A stretch of DNA of 64,000 nucleotides from Candidatus Heimdallarchaeota archaeon (lineage in GTDB: Archaea; Asgardarchaeota; Heimdallarchaeia; Hodarchaeales; Hodarchaeaceae). Under the pieces are notes generated by a model. It saw nothing but the letters and a program-made list of their open reading frames with translations, was not told the origin of the DNA and did not search any database. Location: contig RDOB01000003.1 of the NCBI GenBank assembly GCA_011364965.1, positions 208,930 to 272,929 of the forward strand, in the 5' to 3' direction. The number at the start of each line of letters is the position of its first letter. Positions within the stretch are counted from its first letter, which is position 1. Position numbers and translations under genes: made by a program. Below are positions 21,899 to 31,318 of this stretch, one piece after another.

Positions 21899-23949
21899 AA
21901 CTTCACATCCTCTACAAAAGCTTTTATCATCTCTTTAATAGCCCCTAATTTATACCCCCGTACATCAATAGCACCAGGTGTGGGGCATACAGCTACACAT
22001 GCGCCACAGCCTTTGCAAAGTGCAGCATTAACTTGCGCGTGTTTAATAGTTACTCCATTAATAATAGTATCCACCATCTGAATCGCACCCATATACTCAC
22101 ATTCATTTACACATAAACCGGTACCATTGCAAATTTCAGGATCCACCAATGCCACAAAAGGTTCTAATTCCGTGAAATTTTTGGCTAGAATTATTGCACC
22201 TTTAGAAGCAGCTGCGCTAGCAGCAGCTGATGTTTCTGTAATATCCATTGGAGCTTGAGAAGTGCCAGCTAGCATAATACCAGGACTAGCCATTTCTATT
22301 GGTCTTAATTTTGGGTGAACTTCCAGTAAAAATCTATCAGATCCAATAGGAACTTTCATTTGGTTGATTAACGTTTTTTGATTACTTGGTACCATTCCAA
22401 CCGCTAAAATCACAAGATCAGCAGGAACTTCTAGTTCTTGACAAAATGTTAGCTGATCTTTTACTTTTATATGAACTCTTCTGTCTCTTAGAGAGTTTGA
22501 CGGTTTTACAACTTCAGGTAAAGATGTAGAGTTATACTTTAGGAAAATTACTCCATTTTTTGAAGCTTTTTCATAATAATCCTCTTCAGTAAATCGCGCA
22601 TAAGTTCGGATATCTCGATAGATGTTGTAAACATTAGTTTCAGGAAAACGCTCCTTTATTTCATTAGCAGCCTGTAAACTCGCAGAACAGCAAACACGCG
22701 AGCAATATTCATTTAACATACCATCACAATTTTGACCAGGTTTAAAATTTCCATCAGCTTGACGACTTCCAACACAGTGTATGATAGCAACAGAATGAAT
22801 CTCTCTACCATGCCACTCAAATTTTTTCTCGAAAATACCTCCTGGAGACATCATTCTAACAAACTGGGGGAGAGTGATTACATTAGGATGGACTTCCCAC
22901 CCAAATTCGCCATTGTAGGGAATGTAATGATCAAAACCAGTTGCTAGGATGACAACCCCCGCCGTTAAATGTATTAAATCGCTTTCTGATATTTCTAGTT
23001 GTATTCTTTCTGTATTTTCTAGTGCCTCTTTACATTTTCCACAGCGAGTACAATAGTTCCAATCGATTGAGTCTATTTGTGGATAATTACCTGGTTTAGC
23101 ACTTCCAATCGCTTTCCGTGGAATTCCACGAAAGTCATATTCGTTGGGAATTATCTCTGGACAGGCATTAGCTGCAATACGTAATTCTCGTGGATCTAAT
23201 TTTCCAATAATTCCTCGGGAACCAATCTCCTTCAAAGACACATTGAAATTTCCAATATAACCTGTGAATTCGACAACTTCTGTATTTAAACGTAGAGTTA
23301 TTAGTGAGTTAGATATTATTTCTTGAATCAAACTATTTAATAAATCTGCAGCCACTTCTCCTGTTGGGTATATTGTATCAAGAGAGGCCATTCTACCGCC
23401 TAAGTAAGGTGATTTCTCCACTAATTCGACTGGAATTCCTGAGGCAGCTAATTCTTTCGCAGCTCGTAACCCCCCTACTCCACCACCTAGTACAAGGGCT
23501 TTTTTCCGAGTAGTGATTTTAATGCTCTCAAGGGGATCGAGTTGCATTGCTTTTGCGACTCCACCACGAATTAAAGACACAGCTTTCCGAGTTGCTTCAT
23601 CTGGTTGATGAGAATGCACCCAAGAGTCTTGCTCTCGTATATTTACCTGTTCATAAAGAAATTCATTGAGTCCTCCCCGACGAGTGGCACCTCGGAACGT
23701 CATTTCATGTAAACTTGGGCTACAGGAAGCTACCACTACACGATTAACCTTTCCAGCCTTAATATCTTCTTCAATTAATTCTTGACCTGCATTGGAACAC
23801 ATGAACATGTTACGGCGGCTAACAACTACGTTAGGATATTTTTCTAATTCCTGACGTACTTTCTCTACATCAACAATGTCGGAAATATTGCCACCACAGT
23901 GACAAATGTATACGCCAACTTTAGTTTCTTCTTTTTCACTCATGTTCAC
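21895..23949 (-). CDS. hdrA: Heterodisulfide reductase subunit A family protein (long copy)
   Basis: GVYICHCGGNI, VVVASCSP, VLGGGVGG FAD loop, IHCVGSR...YCSRVCC, C-terminal CKGCGACVAVCP. Confidence 0.92.
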   Translation of the reverse strand: MNMSEKEETKVGVYICHCGGNISDIVDVEKVRQELEKYPNVVVSRRNMFMCSNAGQELIEEDIKAGKVNRVVVASCSPSLHEMTFRGATRRGGLNEFLYEQVNIREQDSWVHSHQPDEATRKAVSLIRGGVAKAMQLDPLESIKITTRKKALVLGGGVGGLRAAKELAASGIPVELVEKSPYLGGRMASLDTIYPTGEVAADLLNSLIQEIISNSLITLRLNTEVVEFTGYIGNFNVSLKEIGSRGIIGKLDPRELRIAANACPEIIPNEYDFRGIPRKAIGSAKPGNYPQIDSIDWNYCTRCGKCKEALENTERIQLEISESDLIHLTAGVVILATGFDHYIPYNGEFGWEVHPNVITLPQFVRMMSPGGIFEKKFEWHGREIHSVAIIHCVGSRQADGNFKPGQNCDGMLNEYCSRVCCSASLQAANEIKERFPETNVYNIYRDIRTYARFTEEDYYEKASKNGVIFLKYNSTSLPEVVKPSNSLRDRRVHIKVKDQLTFCQELEVPADLVILAVGMVPSNQKTLINQMKVPIGSDRFLLEVHPKLRPIEMASPGIMLAGTSQAPMDITETSAAASAAASKGAIILAKNFTELEPFVALVDPEICNGTGLCVNECEYMGAIQMVDTIINGVTIKHAQVNAALCKGCGACVAVCPTPGAIDVRGYKLGAIKEMIKAFVEDVKL

Positions 23950-25301
23950 TCCTCCGAATTAGAAGTCTCTACATTATCTATCTTAGGTATGCTCCCCAAC
24001 GATAAAATGCTAGCAGATTCCTTTTGTCGTGCCTTAAGATAATTTGAAGTTTTAATTGCAGCTGCAGATCCTTCTACTATTGTATCCACAATATCTTTTG
24101 GCCCTAATGCAGTTCCAGCTGCTATTATTCCTTCCATACTTGTAATTACTGGATCGAGTTTTAATTTAGGACTTTGAATGAAACCATCCTTATCTTGTTT
24201 AACAGGGAAATTACCTGTCGGACAACTCCCTTGTGTTAATCCTAAGCTCAAAACTACTAATTCATACTCGACTTCAATTTTACCCCCCGAGTCTCCAATG
24301 TTCTCGATGGAGAGGATTAAATTATGCGTTTTGGGATTCTCACGTATTTCTCCAACTTTTCCTTTGACAAATTCGACTCCCATGGCTTTAGCATTCTGGT
24401 AAAATTGTTCATATCCCTTACCAAATGCACGAATATCCATATAATAACAAGTAACTCCCACTATGGGTAATGAACCCATTATAAGCATCGCTTGTTTGAT
24501 TGTATACATACAACAAATGCGACTACAATAAGTACGATCCACAGACGCGTCTCTCGACCCAGCACAATGCACATAAGCAATGTTCATAGGAATTTGATTG
24601 TCTGAGGGCCTTCTAACGCCTAGATATGGACCATTGGGAGCTAGCAGCCTTTCAGCTGCTAAAGAGGATATTACATTCAGATACTTTCCACCACCCCATT
24701 CAGCTTTCTCTCCAAGAGGTGTGAGTTCATATCCAGTAGCAAGGATAACGGACTCAGCTTCTATTTCTACATTTTGATCTTGTTGTAAATAATCGATTGC
24801 ATCTGCAGGACAGACTCGATGACAAGTTCCACACGCTATACAGTTTTCTAAATCGAGTAACGCAATTTGAGGAATTGCTGTTTGAAAAGGAATGTAAATT
24901 GCTTTTCGAGCTCCTAAAGCCATTTCAAATTCAGAAGGAACTTCAACAGGACATGCAAATTCGCATTGACGACAGCCAATGCATTTATTTTCATTGACCA
25001 ATCTAGCTTTTTTAATTAGATTTACTTGAAAAGAACCCGATTCATTTTCATGGTAATTTGTGACTTCGCAATAAGTCCAAACAGTAATATTTTCATGATG
25101 AGCAGCGGAACTCATCTTTGGTGTAGTAATACAGGACGCGCAATCTAAAGTCGGAAAAACTTTTGATAATTGAATCATTTTCCCTCCAATACTTGGTTCT
25201 TTGTCGACTAGTAGAATCTTATATCCTTGGTCTGCCAAATCTAGAGCTGCTTGTATGCCTGCGATACCTGCTCCTATTACAATTGAATCATAAGTTTCCA
25301 T
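23946..25301 (-). CDS. hdrA: Heterodisulfide reductase subunit A family protein (short copy)
   Basis: IGAGIAG, KVFPTLDCASCITTP, two ferredoxin motifs, HCAGSRD...YCSRICC, YMDIRAFGKGYE, GPKDI. Confidence 0.93.
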   Translation of the reverse strand: METYDSIVIGAGIAGIQAALDLADQGYKILLVDKEPSIGGKMIQLSKVFPTLDCASCITTPKMSSAAHHENITVWTYCEVTNYHENESGSFQVNLIKKARLVNENKCIGCRQCEFACPVEVPSEFEMALGARKAIYIPFQTAIPQIALLDLENCIACGTCHRVCPADAIDYLQQDQNVEIEAESVILATGYELTPLGEKAEWGGGKYLNVISSLAAERLLAPNGPYLGVRRPSDNQIPMNIAYVHCAGSRDASVDRTYCSRICCMYTIKQAMLIMGSLPIVGVTCYYMDIRAFGKGYEQFYQNAKAMGVEFVKGKVGEIRENPKTHNLILSIENIGDSGGKIEVEYELVVLSLGLTQGSCPTGNFPVKQDKDGFIQSPKLKLDPVITSMEGIIAAGTALGPKDIVDTIVEGSAAAIKTSNYLKARQKESASILSLGSIPKIDNVETSNSEE

Positions 25302-25325
25302 TTATAATTACTCCATTAAGAGTAC

Positions 25326-25802
25326 TTAATTCTCCGTCTCAGCAGACGTTAATGGTGGACTTCTAAAAACCTCTTTCGCTGGTTCCAAAGTTCGCAAAAA
25401 TGTATCCATTGTAGAGATTTCTTTAACGACATGCTTTGCACAGACAGTGCAAATTGCGGTTAGCTTCAAACGTTGCGGTTCTAGTCCACATTCATCTTTC
25501 ATACGTTTCATAACTTTATTTATTCGGCGAGATAAACGATGAAAAGCTCCTGAATAAGGACACTCTTCCCCACATGACATAACTAAGATACCATCGATTC
25601 CGTAACGAAAACTGTCTAGATAAAAATCCTCAGGAAAAATAACAGGGGAAGGAACGCGGATTACATATGAATTAGGAGGGTAATTCAAATGCTGTTGCCC
25701 CGCATTATCGACTCCAGGATACGAACACGCAATTGTTGTTATCACAAGGATTTTCGGAGTGTATTCTGTTCTAACAACCGTGTTAACTGCGGTAGAAGAC
25801 AT
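25326..25802 (-). CDS. mvhD: MvhD/FlpD-type [2Fe-2S] hydrogenase iron-sulfur subunit
   Basis: PKILVITTIACSYPGVDNAG, IRVPSP, GIDGILVMSCGEECPY, RLKLTAICTVC; start moved to ATG 25802 (after the tusA stop). Confidence 0.87.
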   Translation of the reverse strand: MSSTAVNTVVRTEYTPKILVITTIACSYPGVDNAGQQHLNYPPNSYVIRVPSPVIFPEDFYLDSFRYGIDGILVMSCGEECPYSGAFHRLSRRINKVMKRMKDECGLEPQRLKLTAICTVCAKHVVKEISTMDTFLRTLEPAKEVFRSPPLTSAETEN

Positions 25803-25812
25803 TCTAATAGCC

Positions 25813-26079
25813 CTATTTTTTACGTATGATATAATAACGGTCATAACCGTCGTCTTCGACATACCCGAGGAATTCATGTTTTGCAAACTTAGCCCATGCA
25901 GGAATATCATTTCGTGTTCCAGGGTCAGAAGACCAAACCTCTAAAACTTCGTCAATAGCTACTTTTCCGATGGCTTTCTTAGTTTCCAATAATGGGCCGG
26001 GGCAAGCAGAGCCTCGTGCGTCAACTACATGATCAGATTCTTCAGGAACATCATTTCCAAGATTAGTTTGTTCAGTCAT
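25813..26079 (-). CDS. tusA: TusA-family sulfur carrier protein
   Basis: VDARGSACPGPLL (CPxP), SSDPGTRNDIPAWA. Confidence 0.92.
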   Translation of the reverse strand: MTEQTNLGNDVPEESDHVVDARGSACPGPLLETKKAIGKVAIDEVLEVWSSDPGTRNDIPAWAKFAKHEFLGYVEDDGYDRYYIIRKK

Positions 26080-26403
26080 TTAAATCACCAATTCTAATTC
26101 AGTACATAGCATTAAGAAACACTCTAATAGAGATAAAATGTATATATACATTGATTCAAATAAACCATGTGCATGGATGACTTTTAAAGAAAAATTTCTT
26201 ATGAATTATGCTTAACCATTGTTAATAGCAATTAATAATAGAGTTTTTTTTAGTCAGCTCATTAATTAAGCAACGTTAACTAGATGCTGTTTAAAAAGAG
26301 GCTAAAATTAATGTTCTGAGATTTTAATATTGGGGGAAAATCTTAAATTTGCGAATATATTTTCAACGATAGCGATTTCAAATCCAAATAGGCTGGTTCT
26401 AAT

Positions 26404-27501
26404 ATGATTCTAACCTTTGAAGTGCTCGTTGGCTTTTTAACTTCTGCTTTTATACTAATTGCTTTTTCTATCGCCCTGTTACGATATTTAAAATTAGGTT
26501 ATCGTCCTCTCTTGTTTCTCGCCCTTCAATGGCTCGGAATTGCACTGTGGGGATTATTTACTGCTATCTCCACCTTTATTTTAGAGAATGGAGACACTCC
26601 TAATATTCTCTTTTTTCCTCCTCTTCAGCTTGACTGGACTCTTGCTGATCTCCTCGGTTTTATAGGATATTTTATCACAATTCCCACTTTATTTCTCTTA
26701 ATCTTCTTCTTGGATTCGATCACTCGAACATCTATAGAACCGGTTAAAATGCTTATCGGAGGGATGATTGCTGCAACTCTGATCATCACCGGATTAGTAC
26801 CGGGTCAAGGTGCAAAAAATGTTACGATTTATACCTATTATGCGCAAGCTATATACTATATGTTTTGGATTCTCCTGTGGTTGTATTATACTTTCAAAAT
26901 ATTCCTAAGCAGTCCGCAGAACTTGAAAAGATATTCTGCTATTGTATTAATAGGAAGTATCATTATTTTTCTAGATGCTTTTTTGACAGTAACTCGTTTA
27001 AATCCACCTGAATCAAATTTAAGCATGTTTTTGATGGGATCAGGAGCTTTAATGATCGTAATTCCATACAGCTTTCAAACAAAGTTATTATATATTTTAC
27101 CATTCAAAGCTACGCGTTTAATAGTAATTAATGACAATGGAATACCACTGTTCTCTCATAGTTGGGTGAAAGGAACTGATCCTTCAGGAGAAGTGTTATT
27201 TAGTGGAATGATGAGTGGAATCAGCGCCATTCTGAACGAATCATTGAAGAAAGGCTTAGTACGGGAAATAGCATTAGACGAGTCAAAGTTACTTATCGAA
27301 ACGGATAAGAGATATTCAATAATTTTCGTTCTCCAATGTACCAGAACATCAACTTCATTATCAGATGCCCTTCATTTATTCTCAGAACAATTCATCTTAA
27401 ATTTCAAGGAGTATTTATCAGGTTCCTTCATCAACACAGAGAAATTTAATGCATCAAAACTTGTTGATGAGTGTTTTCCGTTTCTACCGGATTATAACTA
27501 G
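26404..27501 (+). CDS. ~7TM membrane protein with C-terminal longin/roadblock-like domain
   Basis: Seven hydrophobic segments, then LIVINDNGIPLFSHSW...LFSGMMSGISAILNE...IIFVL...LHLFSEQF, a pattern typical of Asgard longin-like modules. Confidence 0.7.
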   Translation: MILTFEVLVGFLTSAFILIAFSIALLRYLKLGYRPLLFLALQWLGIALWGLFTAISTFILENGDTPNILFFPPLQLDWTLADLLGFIGYFITIPTLFLLIFFLDSITRTSIEPVKMLIGGMIAATLIITGLVPGQGAKNVTIYTYYAQAIYYMFWILLWLYYTFKIFLSSPQNLKRYSAIVLIGSIIIFLDAFLTVTRLNPPESNLSMFLMGSGALMIVIPYSFQTKLLYILPFKATRLIVINDNGIPLFSHSWVKGTDPSGEVLFSGMMSGISAILNESLKKGLVREIALDESKLLIETDKRYSIIFVLQCTRTSTSLSDALHLFSEQFILNFKEYLSGSFINTEKFNASKLVDECFPFLPDYN

Positions 27502-27527
27502 AGAAAAAGGAAGGTATGATAGGTAAT

Positions 27528-28036
27528 TTACTTCCTAAATACTTTTTTGATTTCTTTTAGAGGTACATCAAACACTTCATTATGGGGGGGGAGGGGTTCA
27601 GAATAAAAAAACTCTGGCAATCTATCATGAGCTTTGGTAAATCCTACTCTTTTATTAAACTCAAGTTTCTTCTTTAATATCTTCATTCCATAAGATACTG
27701 GATCTAATTCTTCTAGTTCTAACATCGCTTTCCCATTGTCAATCATTCCTTCCATTGCAGATGGTATATCTAGGAGTGCATATACAGTAAAGAAGCAATA
27801 TCCTATAGAATCAAGAAAAGCAGTAAAGGCCTGATACTGGGAGCATTTGTATCGTAATAAAACCAGGAGCAGCAATAAATTTATTATTAGGTCCCAAAGG
27901 TTCACACAAAAGGATCTACTTCATCTACAATTATTGTAGATGTTAATCCTCTTCCCCCTAAGTGTATATATTCTTCGGGTAATTCTTCCCAATTTACAGT
28001 TAGTTTTGTCATATTTACCCTTACGATCTGATTCAA
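27528..28036 (-). pseudogene. aor: Aldehyde:ferredoxin oxidoreductase pseudogene (frameshifts plus large internal deletion)
   Basis: TTG at 28036 (GAGGT upstream) gives NQIVRVNMTK...YIHLGGRGLTSTIIVDEVDP/CEPLGPNNKFIAAPG; this is joined to a C-terminal DSIGYCFF...FNKRVGFTKAHDRLPEFFYSEPLPPHNEVFDV. Confidence 0.85.
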
Positions 28037-28144
28037 GTCATAATACCTCTATAAAATGAGCTATGGTTCATGAGCTGTGAGTATCCAAATATCTTCAGTA
28101 ATTTAAACAACATATTATCTATTGGAGAGGAAAAAGAGTAGATC

Positions 28145-28822
28145 TCAAGGTTCAATTATTAATTCTTCTAATTTTGTGATTACTTGTACATAAATCTCGT
28201 CGATATCAGGAAAATCAAATTTCGCGTTTTCTCTTTTAATTAGGATAAACGGAATATAACTCCGCAATGACGCGTATAAATCTGATGGAGAATCACCGAT
28301 ATAAATAACGTCGTCTTTAGATAAATTTAACTTCTTCAAAGTGATTTCCAACCCACTAGGGTGCGGTTTCGGCTCAATCATCTCTTCTAATCCAGTTAAA
28401 CATTCAAAATAGTCAGTCAAATTAAATGTTGCCAATATTTTTGAGGCTACATATGATTTGTTATTAGTTACGACAGCTAACCTAAATCCATATTTTTTTA
28501 ATAAGATCAGTACCCTATGAACGTTTGGGAAAAGGGATACATTTAAAGTAATTTTATCAACAAAATAATTATCTATTAGTTTTGTTAACCGATCTTTTTC
28601 CCTAGCATTGAATTCTAAGGAAGGGAATAAGCAAAGTAATTGACCTTCAGTTGAGAATGCAACGATTTTTTCAATAATAGATGGAGCGGGGATTTCATAT
28701 TTTTCCCTTCTAAGAATCTCTTGGAGTGCAATTATCCACCCTTTTGTACTATCTACGAAAACTCCATCCAAGTCGAAAATAATTGCTTTCAGTGATTTTC
28801 TATGCTGCAAAGGACCTTTCAT
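28145..28822 (-). CDS. HAD-superfamily phosphatase
   Basis: FDLDGVFVDS, VVTN, KPHP, YIGDSPSD. Confidence 0.92.
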   Translation of the reverse strand: MKGPLQHRKSLKAIIFDLDGVFVDSTKGWIIALQEILRREKYEIPAPSIIEKIVAFSTEGQLLCLFPSLEFNAREKDRLTKLIDNYFVDKITLNVSLFPNVHRVLILLKKYGFRLAVVTNNKSYVASKILATFNLTDYFECLTGLEEMIEPKPHPSGLEITLKKLNLSKDDVIYIGDSPSDLYASLRSYIPFILIKRENAKFDFPDIDEIYVQVITKLEELIIEP

Positions 28823-28853
28823 TGGAAATCAAGAATAGGAATGATAATAGGAA

Positions 28854-29672
28854 TTAACGAACTTGCTGTACTGCTTCCATGAATTCCCTAACACGTTTAA
28901 TATCGACGTTTTTCCAAGTATCACCATTGAATTTCAAGCTCGTACCGACAATAACTCCATCTGCTACCTCGAGCTGTTTTATAATATTATCTTTTCTCGC
29001 GCCTGTGTTCACAATTACTGCCGCGCCTAATGAATTTGCTTTTACGGTTTTTAGCTCATCAAGTTTAGCTTCCATGCCAGTCATGGGTCCTGAAACACAA
29101 AGTGCATCGGCAATACCAACAAATACCGCTCCTTTGGCAATCAATGCTAATGAGCGTTGATCCAAAGGATGAGCGAATTCTGCATTCACAATACCAAAGA
29201 TTTTGATATCATTTGCTCCGATAGCCTTCCTATATCGTAACGTTTCAGCACCTGGAGCGTTCAAGAACCCCATATCCCCTGCAAATGCCCCAGTAAATAC
29301 TCCCCTTACAAATTTTGCTCCAGTGGCTTTAGCTACTGCTAATGCTGAAATAGGATCCCACATTATGTCAATACCGTATGGGATTGATATTTCAGATTTT
29401 AATTCCCCAATTACTGCAGCCATGGATGCAACAACTACTTGGTTTACTCCAGTTGCATAAGGACGATCCCCTTCATTGCAGAAGAGAAGGCCGTCAATCC
29501 CTCCTTCTTGCAAAGCTAATAAGTCTTGTTTGGCACTGGAAAATATTTTTCCCATTCCTTCTTCTTCGTTGAACTCAGGTGTATAGGGAAGAGGAGGAAA
29601 ATGAACCATCCCAATCACAGGTTTTTTTACATTAAAAATTTCATCTAAACATGTCATTTCTAAACCCTTCAT
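28854..29672 (-). CDS. BtpA/SgcQ family TIM-barrel protein
   Basis: KPVIGMVHFPPLP, GGIDGLLFCNEGDRPY, ADALCVSGPMTG, DGVIVGTSLK. Confidence 0.92.
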   Translation of the reverse strand: MKGLEMTCLDEIFNVKKPVIGMVHFPPLPYTPEFNEEEGMGKIFSSAKQDLLALQEGGIDGLLFCNEGDRPYATGVNQVVVASMAAVIGELKSEISIPYGIDIMWDPISALAVAKATGAKFVRGVFTGAFAGDMGFLNAPGAETLRYRKAIGANDIKIFGIVNAEFAHPLDQRSLALIAKGAVFVGIADALCVSGPMTGMEAKLDELKTVKANSLGAAVIVNTGARKDNIIKQLEVADGVIVGTSLKFNGDTWKNVDIKRVREFMEAVQQVR

Positions 29673-29923
29673 ATCATAATACTATTTTCTATCTTAATTT
29701 AAATGATGTTAGATTTCTCATAACTTTAAAGAAAAAAAATAAAATATTCTCCAACAGAAATAACGCAAAGTTCCAAACATTTAGAACTCTCTGTTCTTTT
29801 TCAAAGGAGAGGTTTTTTATAGAATAAAAACTGCTATACTCATATAAATTCAGATCTGAAGTCTTTTAAGAAATCAAAAATCAAATTCATCACCTAGAAG
29901 TATGAAATACCCAGGGAATTATA

Positions 29924-30349
29924 ATGCAAGAAACTGAATTTAAAACTAAATATATATCTGTTAAAACTCTTAATGCAGGGGAATATTACGATGTAACTGA
30001 TGAACTTAGCACATTCGTAAAGGAAAGTGGCATACAGAAAGGTATACTTATAGCTTATAGTTTGCATACTACAACTGGATTGGTTGTAAATGAAGGTTCT
30101 GATCCTGGGGTAGGAAAAGATGTTTCTCAAGTTTTATGGGAACTTATACCTGAAACAAGACAATGGAATCACACAGAAGAAAGCCCTCTGGATTCAGCTG
30201 CGCATGTGAAAGCTCAAATGATAGGAAATTCAATAATTCTAGGAATTGATCAGTCAAGGTTAATACTTGGAACTTGGCAAAGAGTATATTTCATCGAATA
30301 TATTGAAGCCAGAGAGAGAAAAGTCTTTGTAATAATCTTTGGAAAATGA
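29924..30349 (+). CDS. yjbQ: YjbQ family protein
   Basis: HTTTGLVVNE, AAHVKA, LILGTWQRVYFIEY. Confidence 0.92.
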   Translation: MQETEFKTKYISVKTLNAGEYYDVTDELSTFVKESGIQKGILIAYSLHTTTGLVVNEGSDPGVGKDVSQVLWELIPETRQWNHTEESPLDSAAHVKAQMIGNSIILGIDQSRLILGTWQRVYFIEYIEARERKVFVIIFGK

Positions 30350-30564
30350 GAAAAGAGAGTTTCTCTCCAAAAATATTTGATACGAACAATATCAGAATAA
30401 CCTCTAACAAACTTTACCCATATTTGATATCTAAGTTTTAATAAATAGCTGAATATTCTACTTCTTATTGTTAAATCTGGGAAAATCATGTCAGAATACG
30501 TGCGCTTGTGAATTAACTAATCAATTTTCCTAAATATATTTGAAAAAAAAGAAGGAAAAACCAA

Positions 30565-31011
30565 ATGGACATTTTTGTACTGAAATCTAAAGCTAAGAAT
30601 AAGCGTGAAATAGTACATGAATTATTTTCATTACTCTTTGAAAGTGGATATGTAAAGGAAACCTATGAAGAGGCAATTCATAAGCGCGAACTTGAATTTC
30701 CAACAGCTTTAGAGCTTCAGGGATCATTTAACGTTGCAATTCCGCATGCAGAGACGGAATACGTTAACAAACCAGCTATCGCATTTGGAATCCTAGAGAA
30801 TTCGATAGAATGGGAAAGCATGGAAGACCCCGATGTATTAATCCCCGTACATCTAGTGTTTTTGCTAGCAATTAAAGTTCCTGAACTTGTTGTACCCAAT
30901 CTTAAGGCTTTGTCAGATAAGATTTTCAGTAAACCAGATATTGTTGCTGAATTAAGGAATTCAAACGATTTTGACCGAACAAGAAAAACTCTTGTAGGTT
31001 TATTAACTTAA
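30565..31011 (+). CDS. PTS EIIA component (Gat/Fru-Ntr type)
   Basis: REXXFPT motif and VAIPHAE containing the phospho-acceptor His. Confidence 0.92.
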   Translation: MDIFVLKSKAKNKREIVHELFSLLFESGYVKETYEEAIHKRELEFPTALELQGSFNVAIPHAETEYVNKPAIAFGILENSIEWESMEDPDVLIPVHLVFLLAIKVPELVVPNLKALSDKIFSKPDIVAELRNSNDFDRTRKTLVGLLT

Positions 31012-31045
31012 AAACCATCAAAGAAAAAAGATTGGAGTCATAATC

Positions 31046-31318
31046 ATGCCTAAGGTTCAATTCACTGCGATTTTAAAAAACCGAGTAGGGTTACACGCGC
31101 GACCTGCCGCGCTTTTCGTTAGAACCTCCAAAAAGTATCAATGTGAAATTTTTGTAGAAAAAGAGGGCAACAGGGTTGACGCAAAAAAAATCCTGGGGGT
31201 TCTAGGGCTAGGAGCAAATAAAGACGACAAAATAACAGTCTATCTCGATGGACAAGATGCATTAGATGCCAAAGAAGTTCTACTCGAGATGATCGAAAAC
31301 AAATTTGGCGAAGAATGA
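31046..31318 (+). CDS. ptsH: Phosphocarrier protein HPr
   Basis: GLHARPAALFV His15 motif. Confidence 0.96.
   Translation: MPKVQFTAILKNRVGLHARPAALFVRTSKKYQCEIFVEKEGNRVDAKKILGVLGLGANKDDKITVYLDGQDALDAKEVLLEMIENKFGEE

Noticed and set aside
21895-25802. Selenocysteine recoding in hdrA/mvhD (and msrB at 1697-2116)
   Set aside because: The ORFs are full-length with Cys at the relevant positions; no in-frame TGA is needed and no convincing SECIS was seen.
27528-27905. 125-aa ORF as an intact protein
   Set aside because: It is the C-terminal remnant of an AOR with a spurious out-of-frame N-terminus.
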